This document shows positions 8,813 to 17,939 of a stretch of DNA of 64,000 bases, one piece after another. Positions within the stretch are counted from its first letter, which is position 1. Each line of letters starts with the position of its first letter. The translations under genes were made by a program, and so were the position numbers. The notes beneath the pieces were generated by a model. It did not search any database and was not told the origin of the DNA. It saw nothing but the letters and a program-made list of their open reading frames with translations. The stretch is from Candidatus Anstonellales archaeon (lineage in GTDB: Archaea > Micrarchaeota > Micrarchaeia > Anstonellales > J096): assembly GCA_038890745.1 (NCBI GenBank), contig JAWAFD010000002.1, positions 160,001-224,000 on the forward strand, in the 5' to 3' direction.

Positions 8813-8846
8813 ACCATCACATCTCTCTTATGCTTTGAAAAGTTTA

Positions 8847-9167
8847 TTAGCTTTTCCACGCGGTCACAACAATTGTTCCGTTTTCTCTCGCTATCTTTAT
8901 ATCTGTCGCTCCATCCTCCCAGTATTTTATGCTTATTCCATTCAATTCCAAAACGGTTTTGTTCACATTACCCATTTTCCCAACATAACATTCCTTCCAT
9001 TCCCCGCTGCATTCCCTCGCAATTCTTAACACATCATCAGTGTTTACGTACTCTGTTGTCTGCAAAATTCCACCAGCTTTTGCGATAACAACAAAAATTA
9101 AAATTAGCACCGCGATCACAGCAATTGCTTCTATGAACAATGCCTCTCCGCCACCCTTTTTTGCCAT
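8847..9167 (-). CDS. Type IV pilin-like protein with class III signal peptide
   Basis: MAKKG|GGEALFIEAIAVIAVLILIFVVI; C...CY motif shared with 7202/7578 ORFs. Confidence 0.7.
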   Translation of the reverse strand: MAKKGGGEALFIEAIAVIAVLILIFVVIAKAGGILQTTEYVNTDDVLRIARECSGEWKECYVGKMGNVNKTVLELNGISIKYWEDGATDIKIARENGTIVVTAWKS

Positions 9168-9197
9168 AGCAGCAATTTGTTCCTATCTCCTTAAAAA

Positions 9198-11018
9198 CTA
9201 TATTGCAATCCCGGAGATCAGCAGATTGAGTAAAGCCCATGAGGCAATGAGCGAAACAATATACACGGTGAAGCCCACAAAGATGTTTTTTGCAATAGTG
9301 TAAGCCCTTCCAACCTCATCATACCCCTGTTTTATTCCGCTCTCAAACATCCCCAGTATTATGAGCATCTCCAAAACATAAAATCCAATGATAAACTGCA
9401 TATCAACAGATGAGAAAGCAGCACCCCCAAAGGAGAATATTCCAAACCCCTCAGCCCCGTGCGCCTTTTTGCTCATCACAATTATGAATTTTGCGATCAG
9501 GTCCCCAAATGCGACAGCCACGCCTCCTACAAGCGGCATGATGAATGTGCTCATCATGGAAACAGTGTTCGTTATTTCAGAAAGCATTTCGTTTACCCGC
9601 GCGTTGATTTCAAAGGTTCTGTCCAAATACTCTGCTGCTTTTATTGTTGATGCTGCTGTCTGCCTTGGACCTTTCTCTGCACTTTCCGAAATCACGTAAA
9701 GAATGTCCGAGATCATCACGCTAGGGTACTCCTTTATTACACCCTCCCTTCCGAATATCGCTCCCTTCAAGGTTTTTCCTTCAATCTTAATTTTCTCTAA
9801 AATTTTCCCCCACAGATCCACAGCACCCTTCCTTACTGTTCCTATCTTCCTTCCTTCCTCAACCATCATAGCGATTGCATTCTCTATCGGAATGTTCTGC
9901 CTTAGCACAACAGCCAGCTCCTTCAAGCTTGCCCTGAAATCCTTCTCCATCTCTGAGATTTTGCTCCTTATGTCCATAAGCCCATACGACCTTCCGAAAT
10001 AATATATCCCTATTGCTATCGCGGCGATGTACACGATAAATGCGCTTTCAAAAAGCCCAAAATTTAAGGCAATAACACCTAGCAAAAATGGAACAGAAAT
10101 AATGAGAAATATTGCTGTCGCCGCAATCGGGCTGAAAACATTTTCCCCAATCCTTATCCCTCCATACTTTTCCCTAATTTCTGGTGTGATATGAACGGCA
10201 AGCGTTCCTGGTCTTTTTGCCAAAACAGTAGTGACATAATAGTATGCAACAAGCGGGATGGCTAAGTTAAAAACTATGAACAAAAGCGAGGGAGGAATCT
10301 CTCTCCCAAGGAATATCCCGATAATTGGAATCATTATCAGAAGCATCATCGGAAATAGCATAAGAAAAGAGAAGATAAGCTTGACCGGGTTGGATATTGC
10401 TTCAACATACCTCTGCATCTTTTCATTCGTAGCTGAAAGCTGCAGACTTAGTCCTTTGTCTATTATATCCTCAAACCTAGCGCTCTGCTTTTCGCTTATG
10501 CTCATCTTCAAAAGCTCCAGCACTTTTATAAAAGTTTCATCTAGTTCTCTCAAAATTGAGGCGTGTTTGTCCAGCGCTCTCTCAACATTACTCTCCTCCC
10601 TCATCTCCACAGACCAGCTCACCTTCCTTAAGATATCACCCACGATTCCTTTTGCACTCTTTCCAGCAAACTTTACAGCGCCCTCTAAATTTCTGTTTAT
10701 CCTGATGTATATTGCTAAAAGTAATGATGCAAAAATTATTTCGTTCTGCGCTTCCATCACTACCTGCGTCGCTTCAACGCTTGCCTGGTTATATTTGTAA
10801 TAAAATCCAAAAACAGCAATGAGAATGGAAAGGAACGGAAACCCAAGGATGAGAAAAACAGGAAAAGAAACCACAAACGAAAATATCGCAAAAAGAACCG
10901 CTCCGTTCACAACCGCTTTAGGTTTTTTACCAATAATCCTGCACTCCCTTTCTATATTCTCTTCAAAAATAGTAAGCATCGGAGGAAGTTTTTCCCCAAT
11001 AGCATAGAAAACATCCAT
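9198..11018 (-). CDS. Type IV pilus/T2SS membrane platform protein (TadC/GspF/FlaJ-like, duplicated domain)
   Basis: Two cytoplasmic domains each followed by TM bundles; coupled to upstream ATPase. Confidence 0.82.
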   Translation of the reverse strand: MDVFYAIGEKLPPMLTIFEENIERECRIIGKKPKAVVNGAVLFAIFSFVVSFPVFLILGFPFLSILIAVFGFYYKYNQASVEATQVVMEAQNEIIFASLLLAIYIRINRNLEGAVKFAGKSAKGIVGDILRKVSWSVEMREESNVERALDKHASILRELDETFIKVLELLKMSISEKQSARFEDIIDKGLSLQLSATNEKMQRYVEAISNPVKLIFSFLMLFPMMLLIMIPIIGIFLGREIPPSLLFIVFNLAIPLVAYYYVTTVLAKRPGTLAVHITPEIREKYGGIRIGENVFSPIAATAIFLIISVPFLLGVIALNFGLFESAFIVYIAAIAIGIYYFGRSYGLMDIRSKISEMEKDFRASLKELAVVLRQNIPIENAIAMMVEEGRKIGTVRKGAVDLWGKILEKIKIEGKTLKGAIFGREGVIKEYPSVMISDILYVISESAEKGPRQTAASTIKAAEYLDRTFEINARVNEMLSEITNTVSMMSTFIMPLVGGVAVAFGDLIAKFIIVMSKKAHGAEGFGIFSFGGAAFSSVDMQFIIGFYVLEMLIILGMFESGIKQGYDEVGRAYTIAKNIFVGFTVYIVSLIASWALLNLLISGIAI

Positions 11019-13174
11019 CAATACACCCTCTTCATTTCTTCAAGGCACCATGCCTTCCATCTCTCAAATACCCTAGTTGCATCAACGCTTCCATGCTCCA
11101 CTCTTTCTTCCTCCATTATTTTGTGCAGCGCAGAATTGCTCGCTACAACAAAAGGCGCTTCGAGGATCTTTTCGTTTTTATAGCTAGCCGCAAAATCAAC
11201 AAGCGCTCTTTTAACCTTTGCCCTAAGTTTTATGTTGTCCATGATTTTTGAATAATCCGTCCACCCAGCAACCCTTTCGCCTATTGCTTTCAAAACCTCA
11301 CTCTCTCCATTCAGCAGCACGTCCGTTGGTACAAGACTGTCCTTGTCTGCATCATAAACCATTAAATCCGCAAACCCCATCTCCTCAATCGGGTCCGATT
11401 TCCAGTGCTTCCTTACCTCAGTAATTCTCGTCACCCTTCTGAGTTTTTCCAATCCATCTGGTGTTTTTATCGGATTCGCGATCACGATCAAATCTATTGC
11501 TTTAAATGATGTTGGCGGGACTTCCAGATCATTTACAACCCTGTCAAAAATCCCATATGGGCTTTCACCATGTATGGTTCCTGCAACAACATTCGCAAGC
11601 GCACCTACTCTCATAGCCTCATAAAGCGCCTTTGCTTCTTTGCTTCTCACCTCACCAACAATCAGGCATGAATCTCCGAGCCTCAACGCTGCTTTAATCC
11701 CATCCTCAGCGCTCATCTCACTTCCTTCAACGCTCAGCGCGCTCTTTACTTTGAGCGATAGGATGTCATACCCGAGCTCCTCCATTACCTTTACAGGAAG
11801 CTCGAGCGTGTCTTCTATTGTTACTATCCTGTATTTTTTCATTATCTCAAGCATGCTCGCTCCAAGGAGGGAGGTTTTTCCTGCGCTTCTAGACCCTCCA
11901 AAAAGAATGCACCTTCCATTATCTATCGCGAAGCTGAGAAGGCCTGCGGCCATTTCGTTCATCATCCCTTCCCTTACAAAAAGCGGAAATGTCCATGGTT
12001 TTTCTCTATGTTTTCTTATTGCAAACGCAAGCCCACCGGTGCTAAGCGGTTTATGAACAGAAGCAATCCTTGCACTCAGGCCCGGAATGTTTATAGTTGT
12101 ATCGAGAACAGGGTTTGCCTGGTCCAGAGGTCTACCACTCTCCAACTTAAGCTTTGTCGCCCAGTTCACAACCTCCTCAACATTCGGAATGATATTGCTG
12201 TCGCACTCCTCCCATTTCTCATGGAATATTGCTATTCCCCTTTCACCTGGATTTATGTTTACATCCTGAACATATGGGTCGTGCAGAATAGATTCTATAA
12301 CACCAAACCCGATCGTCGCCCTTGTGATAATGCTCGCTAATTTATCCGCATCCTCAACCTTCAAATTCAATTTCAGCTCCTCTATTTTTGCTATCACCCT
12401 ATCCCTTACATACTCATATATCGCTTCCCTTGCTTCTGTGCTTTCAAGTATCTCAGCTCTTGGGTCCTTTATAACCTCTTCCCTTATTTCACTCACAAGC
12501 CTGTGCTCCATGTCCCCAAGCATGATCTCCGGCGGAGTCAGGTGATAATAATATTTTATTTCATTCCCCATTTTGAATATCCTAACCTTTGCCCCATCCC
12601 TCAGCTCATACTCATCCACAAGCTTTCCATTCGCTGGAAATGTTGTTCTGAACCTAGTTAGAGAAAAAGAAGGCCTTTCTGTTGGCGAGAAAATTTGCAG
12701 GTATATCCCTCGGTCCCCTGCTTTGTATCCAACGAGCTCCTTCTGCACTTTCTTTATTATGTCTGTCTCTTCCAATCTTTGCAGGGTTGGGTCTATGAGC
12801 TCATCAATAATCCATTTTTTGCAGGAGCAGTTTCCTATCACAACCCTTTGCTTAAGCCTCTTCATGAAAACATAAACCCCTACTGGGTCGTCTGCAATCT
12901 CCCTTATTTTATTGAAAAATACTCTTATATCTTCACATGAGCAGTCCTTTGGTGGTGTCTTTCCCTTCAGCTCTGCTGAAAGAGTCTTTATCTTCCTTGC
13001 TAAGTCCTTTATCAACCGTGTATCCTCCAAACCATACTCCACAATCGTTTTTCCTTCTATGATTATTTTTGTTGCCCCAAAATCCTTTGCAATCCTATCT
13101 ACAACCTCTCCGAACAATCTGGCGTCCTTTTCTATGGTTTTTCCGCTTTCCGTTGCTTTTATTACTATCTCCAT
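11018..13174 (-). CDS. Type II/IV secretion system ATPase (TadA/VirB11/FlaI family)
   Basis: Walker A GGSRSAGKTS, TIEDTLEL, ALRLG..LIVGEVRSKEA, GTIHG motifs. Confidence 0.95.
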   Translation of the reverse strand: MEIVIKATESGKTIEKDARLFGEVVDRIAKDFGATKIIIEGKTIVEYGLEDTRLIKDLARKIKTLSAELKGKTPPKDCSCEDIRVFFNKIREIADDPVGVYVFMKRLKQRVVIGNCSCKKWIIDELIDPTLQRLEETDIIKKVQKELVGYKAGDRGIYLQIFSPTERPSFSLTRFRTTFPANGKLVDEYELRDGAKVRIFKMGNEIKYYYHLTPPEIMLGDMEHRLVSEIREEVIKDPRAEILESTEAREAIYEYVRDRVIAKIEELKLNLKVEDADKLASIITRATIGFGVIESILHDPYVQDVNINPGERGIAIFHEKWEECDSNIIPNVEEVVNWATKLKLESGRPLDQANPVLDTTINIPGLSARIASVHKPLSTGGLAFAIRKHREKPWTFPLFVREGMMNEMAAGLLSFAIDNGRCILFGGSRSAGKTSLLGASMLEIMKKYRIVTIEDTLELPVKVMEELGYDILSLKVKSALSVEGSEMSAEDGIKAALRLGDSCLIVGEVRSKEAKALYEAMRVGALANVVAGTIHGESPYGIFDRVVNDLEVPPTSFKAIDLIVIANPIKTPDGLEKLRRVTRITEVRKHWKSDPIEEMGFADLMVYDADKDSLVPTDVLLNGESEVLKAIGERVAGWTDYSKIMDNIKLRAKVKRALVDFAASYKNEKILEAPFVVASNSALHKIMEEERVEHGSVDATRVFERWKAWCLEEMKRVY

Positions 13175-13235
13175 TCCCCCACCTTTTCAAAACCACATTG
13201 TTTTAGCTATTGCAATATTTTGATGCCAACTTAAT

Positions 13236-14741
13236 TTAAATGTTTCTAAGTAAAGACAGGGCATCATTGATGTCATTCAATAAGTTTCCGTTGCTTTCTC
13301 TTGATGCGATTTCAAGAAGAGTAATGATGCGTTCTTTGGTATTTTCATCCATCTCTGAAACTTCTGTTGAGAATACATACCCGCACAGGATTCTTGGATA
13401 ATGGATGCTCGATAGTGGCACATTTTCCATAAGATTTTCAAAGAGCTTTTTTGCTTCCTTCCTTCTTTCCATATCTTTTAAAGCATACGCCATTATAGTA
13501 TTTGCCAGGACATATGTTTCATCTGTGTATACTTTGAATGGATAGGTCTCTAAGAATTTTGAGATTTCTTGGACTACAGCCCATCTTTTTTCCTTCTGTT
13601 TTCTTAGAGCCTCCATTTTGATCAAAAATATTTTGGGATTTGTTTTTATATGGTGCGGTGCTTTAGATACTACATCCTCAACATCCTTGAACCTGTTTAG
13701 CAAGTAATAAAGCGAGCAGATCGTAGTGTAAGTTACAACATCAGCAATCCTATTCTTCACAGCTTCCTCAAACACCTCCCTAGCCTCCTCTACCATTCCC
13801 CTCTTCCCATACGCATCAATCATAGTGTTATAGGTTACAACATTAGCAATCCCCTTCTTCACAGCTTCCTCAAACACCTCCCTAGCCTCCTCTACTCTTC
13901 CATTCTTCCCATACGCATCAATCATAGCAGTGTAAGTTACAACATCAGCAATCCTATTCTTCACAGCTTCCTCAAACACCTCCCTAGCCTCTTCTACTCT
14001 TCCATTCTTCCCATACGCATCAATCATAGCAGTGTAAGTTACAACATCAGCAATCCTATTCTTCACAGCTTCCTCAAACACCTCCCTAGCCTCCTCTACT
14101 CTTCCATTCTTCCCATACGCATCAATCATAGTGTTATAAGTTACAACATCAGCAATCCTATTCTTCACAGCTTCCTCAAACACCTCCCTAGCCTCCTCTA
14201 CTCTTCCATTCTTCCCATACGCATCAATCATAGCAGTGTAAGTTACAACATCAGCAATCCTATTCTTCACAGCTTCCTCAAACACCTCCCTAGCCTCCTC
14301 TACCATTCCCCTCTTCCCATACGCATCAATCATAGAATTATAGGTTACAACATCAGCAATCCTATTCTTCACAGCTTCCTCAAACACCTCCCTAGCCTCC
14401 TCTACCATTCCCCTCTTCCCATACGCATCAATCATAGAATTATAGGTTACAACATTAGCAATCCTATTCTCCACAGCTTCCTCAAACACCTCCCTAGCCA
14501 AGTCGATGTTGATTTTGCCTAAGAGTTTTATTTTGTAGGTTATTGCAAAAACATTGTTTGGATTTGATTTGAGAATCTCATCAATTTTATTCAATGCTTC
14601 ATAGATTCTGCCCTGTTTTTCAAGGTTCTTCGCTTCTCGCATGAGTCGTTTTGGGTTTTTGTTTTCATCGAGCGGGTCAGGCCACTGACCCCGACCGTGA
14701 TGGCTATGCCTTGCATTTCCTGGCTTTCTGAATCCCCTCAT
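13236..14741 (-). CDS. Pentatricopeptide-repeat (P-class-like) protein with TPR-like caps
   Basis: Seven 34-aa repeats VVTY[N/T]xMIDAYGKxGxVEEAREVFEEAVKxxIA[D/N] matching the PPR consensus; likely start MRGFRK at 14741 with a TATA-like box ~25 bp upstream. Confidence 0.92.
   Translation of the reverse strand: MRGFRKPGNARHSHHGRGQWPDPLDENKNPKRLMREAKNLEKQGRIYEALNKIDEILKSNPNNVFAITYKIKLLGKINIDLAREVFEEAVENRIANVVTYNSMIDAYGKRGMVEEAREVFEEAVKNRIADVVTYNSMIDAYGKRGMVEEAREVFEEAVKNRIADVVTYTAMIDAYGKNGRVEEAREVFEEAVKNRIADVVTYNTMIDAYGKNGRVEEAREVFEEAVKNRIADVVTYTAMIDAYGKNGRVEEAREVFEEAVKNRIADVVTYTAMIDAYGKNGRVEEAREVFEEAVKKGIANVVTYNTMIDAYGKRGMVEEAREVFEEAVKNRIADVVTYTTICSLYYLLNRFKDVEDVVSKAPHHIKTNPKIFLIKMEALRKQKEKRWAVVQEISKFLETYPFKVYTDETYVLANTIMAYALKDMERRKEAKKLFENLMENVPLSSIHYPRILCGYVFSTEVSEMDENTKERIITLLEIASRESNGNLLNDINDALSLLRNI
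13740..14453 (-). repeat. Seven tandem 102-bp near-identical repeats encoding the PPR motifs
   Basis: Unit boundaries 13740, 13842, 13944, 14046, 14148, 14250, 14352; degenerate flanking units on both sides. Confidence 0.97.
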
Positions 14742-14836
14742 GATTTTATTGTGTATAAAAATGTTTAAAAATATATATACTTTTTTCCCATTAAAAAGAT
14801 TTTTAAACACTTTCTACTACAGCAATAGGGGGAGAG

Positions 14837-15889
14837 ATGAAAATAATAAAAAACAATGTGGTTCCGTACTATTCTTCTTACGATCAGGATAGAGTACCCA
14901 TCAGCGCATGTATTGCTATGATCAGAGAAATAAGAAAAAGAGGGTATGATGTTGAGATAAGCGAAATAAGCAAAAAAGCGGTCGAGAGGATAGCATCGTG
15001 GGATAGATGGAAGTGGTACGAAGAAGCGGCCGCGTTAGGTTTTTTTTATATTCAGAAAAAAGGAGTTTTTCAAATTTACGACGAGATTTATAAGAAAATA
15101 AAAGAGCGATATAAAGAAAAAAGAAAATTTATGAATATAGTAGGTTTGTATTGGTTAAAATATTTTTATTCCAAGTCTGAGGATGGCTATATTCTAAAAC
15201 CAAGAGAGGAGGTAATCGAGATCCTGAGGTCTTTACCATGCAATGTTTATGATGATATAACAAAAAGAGTCTTTCCAGAAACAGAGAAGCAAAAAAAACT
15301 GAGAGAAATCATTGCAGAGTATCTGGCTTTGGGAAACCGATACATTCCTTTACACAAGCTTTTTGAGATGTTTGAAGCAGCTGGTTATTCTGGTTCCACC
15401 AATTCCCGTCTCCATATCCGCAAGGTTATACGCGGTATTAGTAGTAGAATTGGCACGGAAATTTTGATACTTAACAAAAATGAAGAGTTAAGGTTCTTAC
15501 TTGAAAGGGAGCTTGCTGAATACTCAAAAAAATTTGGCGCGAAAATTACAAAGAGAGAACTTATGAAGCTTTCCGAGAGAGTAGGATACTCAAGGTATAC
15601 CTTTCAAAAGGCGTCCTATACCCAGCTTAAAGCCCTCTGCCCCATGATCGGTGAAAAAATAATCCTTGTCAGCCCGGAGGTAAGACGAAAAGAAATCATC
15701 CATCTTTTTGAAACCGGGAAAATCACTCCTCAGGAAGCTGCAGAGATTCTGTCCACAATATTCCTATTCAATGAAAATAGAATGAAAATTCTTGAGTATC
15801 TGCTTGAGTATAAAAGGTTAAACCGTGCGTTTCCCCGTCATCCCACATCAATGGAAAGAAAAATAATTCATTCTGTTTTGGTGTCATAA
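14837..15889 (+). CDS. Hypothetical basic helical protein
   Basis: 350-aa ORF with GGGGAG SD, divergent from the PPR gene; no recognised motif. Confidence 0.7.
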   Translation: MKIIKNNVVPYYSSYDQDRVPISACIAMIREIRKRGYDVEISEISKKAVERIASWDRWKWYEEAAALGFFYIQKKGVFQIYDEIYKKIKERYKEKRKFMNIVGLYWLKYFYSKSEDGYILKPREEVIEILRSLPCNVYDDITKRVFPETEKQKKLREIIAEYLALGNRYIPLHKLFEMFEAAGYSGSTNSRLHIRKVIRGISSRIGTEILILNKNEELRFLLERELAEYSKKFGAKITKRELMKLSERVGYSRYTFQKASYTQLKALCPMIGEKIILVSPEVRRKEIIHLFETGKITPQEAAEILSTIFLFNENRMKILEYLLEYKRLNRAFPRHPTSMERKIIHSVLVS

Positions 15890-15943
15890 TCGGATAAGAT
15901 ATGTTTTAATATCTTTCTGCGCATAATATTGTTCGGTGAGCAA

Positions 15944-16312
15944 ATGGCCGATCTGTTTTCATCTTCGAAGAAATCAAAGTATGAAGACCCATACCTTAGT
16001 TTGAAAACAACTGTTGAACTTCTACTCGACAGGATAGCAAGCTGCGAAAAAAGGATAGAGGCGATAGATGAGAAGCAGGAGCTTGTCTTCCGTGAGCTTT
16101 CAAGGCTTTCAGAAGAAGTTGATGCTTCAAAGAGGCAGAGCGCAAGCAAGCATGATGAGCTAAACGGGAAGTTAAAAACGCTCGGCCTGGAATACGCAAA
16201 CCTAAAATCCACGATTCTGGAGCTTAAAAGGGAGCTTAACGAGAAAGCGAAAATAGATGACCTTGCGGAGATAAAAAACTATATAAGTATAAAAAAGGGT
16301 GAGAGAGAATGA
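15944..16312 (+). CDS. Coiled-coil protein
   Basis: GGTGA SD before MADLF; heptad pattern; 4-bp overlap with next gene. Confidence 0.75.
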   Translation: MADLFSSSKKSKYEDPYLSLKTTVELLLDRIASCEKRIEAIDEKQELVFRELSRLSEEVDASKRQSASKHDELNGKLKTLGLEYANLKSTILELKRELNEKAKIDDLAEIKNYISIKKGERE

Positions 16313-17349
16313 TAGAATTAATTCTTGCAGGTGTTGCGGTTATAGGTGTTGGGTATGCGCTTTATAAAATATCAGAAATAGATGCAGTTACAAAAAAGAT
16401 TGCCATGCCTGTAAATGAAATGGAGCAACTTGAAAAAAGGCTCATAAAATTAAGGGAGGACTTCAACAACCTTCTTGCTGAATACGGGGATGTAGGCCAG
16501 GTTTCCGTGAGGCTCAAGCGTCTTGAGGATAAGCAGCTGGAGATAAGCGCGGAGTTTAAGGAGTTTGATGGAAAGCTGAACTCTTTTGGGGATGAGTTTT
16601 CAAAAGTTGAGAAGATGTTCGAGAATTTTGGTGATAGGCAGGGCGAGGCAGAGGGAAGGCTCTCTGAGCTTGAGGCTGACATCGCTCAGCTCAGCCAGAT
16701 AGCAAAAAGACTCACTGCATTTGAGGAAAGCGTGATGAGGCTTGAGGCTTTCAACGCTCAGCTTTCGGACGAAGCGAAAAGAATAGACTCGGATATGAGA
16801 AACATGAAGGACAAGCTGGAAGAGATGAAATTTATAGTTGGCAGCTTGCAATCCTTTAAGAAAGAGCTGAGCGAATCCACAACAGCAATCGGGAACAAAA
16901 CCGGTGAGCTTGAGAGAAGGATGCAGAAAATAGAAGCATTCTTTGAATACGCAAAGGATATCGAGAGAAGCGTCCGGGCTATGAGTGCGAAGTTTGATGC
17001 ATTCGACAAATCAAAGAGTTTGATGTTTGACCTTCTCACAAAAACAAGGGAGGAGGTAAAGGAGATAAGCGAGCAGATGAAATCCGTGCGCGCCCCGGTT
17101 GTTTACAAGATTCTGAAAAACATAGAAAGCGATGTTTCAAAACACGAGAGGTCTGTCAATGACCTCTCCTATGAAGTTTCCCTCCTAAGGGCAAGGCTTC
17201 AGGAGATGCAGGCAAAATACTCAGAACTCGTGAGCCCTGATGCATTCCAACTGCTCACATACGAAAAAGACATCCAGCGCCTAAACAGCAGGCTTGATGA
17301 AATCCAGCAGACGCTCGCCAATATAGAAGAGGATGCGAAAGAGCTGTAA
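16309..17349 (+). CDS. Membrane-anchored long coiled-coil protein
   Basis: N-terminal TM MIELILAGVAVIGVGYALY, then ~320 aa coiled coil. Confidence 0.8.
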   Translation: MIELILAGVAVIGVGYALYKISEIDAVTKKIAMPVNEMEQLEKRLIKLREDFNNLLAEYGDVGQVSVRLKRLEDKQLEISAEFKEFDGKLNSFGDEFSKVEKMFENFGDRQGEAEGRLSELEADIAQLSQIAKRLTAFEESVMRLEAFNAQLSDEAKRIDSDMRNMKDKLEEMKFIVGSLQSFKKELSESTTAIGNKTGELERRMQKIEAFFEYAKDIERSVRAMSAKFDAFDKSKSLMFDLLTKTREEVKEISEQMKSVRAPVVYKILKNIESDVSKHERSVNDLSYEVSLLRARLQEMQAKYSELVSPDAFQLLTYEKDIQRLNSRLDEIQQTLANIEEDAKEL

Positions 17350-17364
17350 AACAAAAATAAAACA

Positions 17365-17490
17365 CTATCTCCAATTTTTTTCCTTCAGAATTTCCACAGC
17401 TCTCTTTATCTCCAAGAGCTCCTTTCTTGTGCTCTCAAGCTCTGCTTTTAATTCTTCTATCTTTTTGTTTAGGTCTTTTTTCTCCACCAT
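17365..17490 (-). CDS. Small coiled-coil protein (41 aa)
   Basis: Manual translation MVEKKDLNKKIEELKAELESTRKELLEIKRAVEILKEKNWR; 17 bp downstream of the 17508 ORF. Confidence 0.5.
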   Translation of the reverse strand: MVEKKDLNKKIEELKAELESTRKELLEIKRAVEILKEKNWR

Positions 17491-17507
17491 TCTCTCGCCT
17501 TACGTTG

Positions 17508-17834
17508 CTATTTCTTTCCTCTTTTTTTCTCAAGTTTTTCAGAGAGGATTTTGCTCACGCTTTTTAACTGGCCGTTTATCTCGCCCAACCTTTTGTTTAT
17601 CTCACTCAGCTGCTCTGCAGAGCCAATCTTCTGTTTGTCCATGAGCCTTTTTAACTCAGCCATATCTGCTTTCAGCTCGTTCTGCGTTTCTATGAGTTCT
17701 GCTTTCAGCATCTCCAGCTCACTTATTCTCTTATCATACTCCTTGAGCTTCTCAACGATCGCAAGCTCTGTAATCCTGTATATCTCATCCTTAAGCTCCT
17801 CCCCTATAAGTTTCTGTAAATCCTTGTCTGCCAT
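17508..17834 (-). CDS. Coiled-coil protein
   Basis: 108-aa heptad-rich ORF with GGGGTG SD. Confidence 0.72.
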   Translation of the reverse strand: MADKDLQKLIGEELKDEIYRITELAIVEKLKEYDKRISELEMLKAELIETQNELKADMAELKRLMDKQKIGSAEQLSEINKRLGEINGQLKSVSKILSEKLEKKRGKK

Positions 17835-17939
17835 ATTTACACCCCGTGTTAAGTTTTATAACAAAACTAATTTAAACCCTTTCCTTTGCTCTAATAGAAA
17901 AATTTATAAATCTTCAATGTAAGTTTAAAAACGATCCCC

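Noticed and set aside
11018..13174. Archaellum (flaI/flaJ) operon
   Set aside because: No archaellin, FlaH, FlaF or FlaG recognisable nearby; a generic pilus/Tad-like call is safer
13740..14453. CRISPR or non-coding satellite
   Set aside because: Head-to-tail 102-bp units with no spacers, in frame within a PPR ORF
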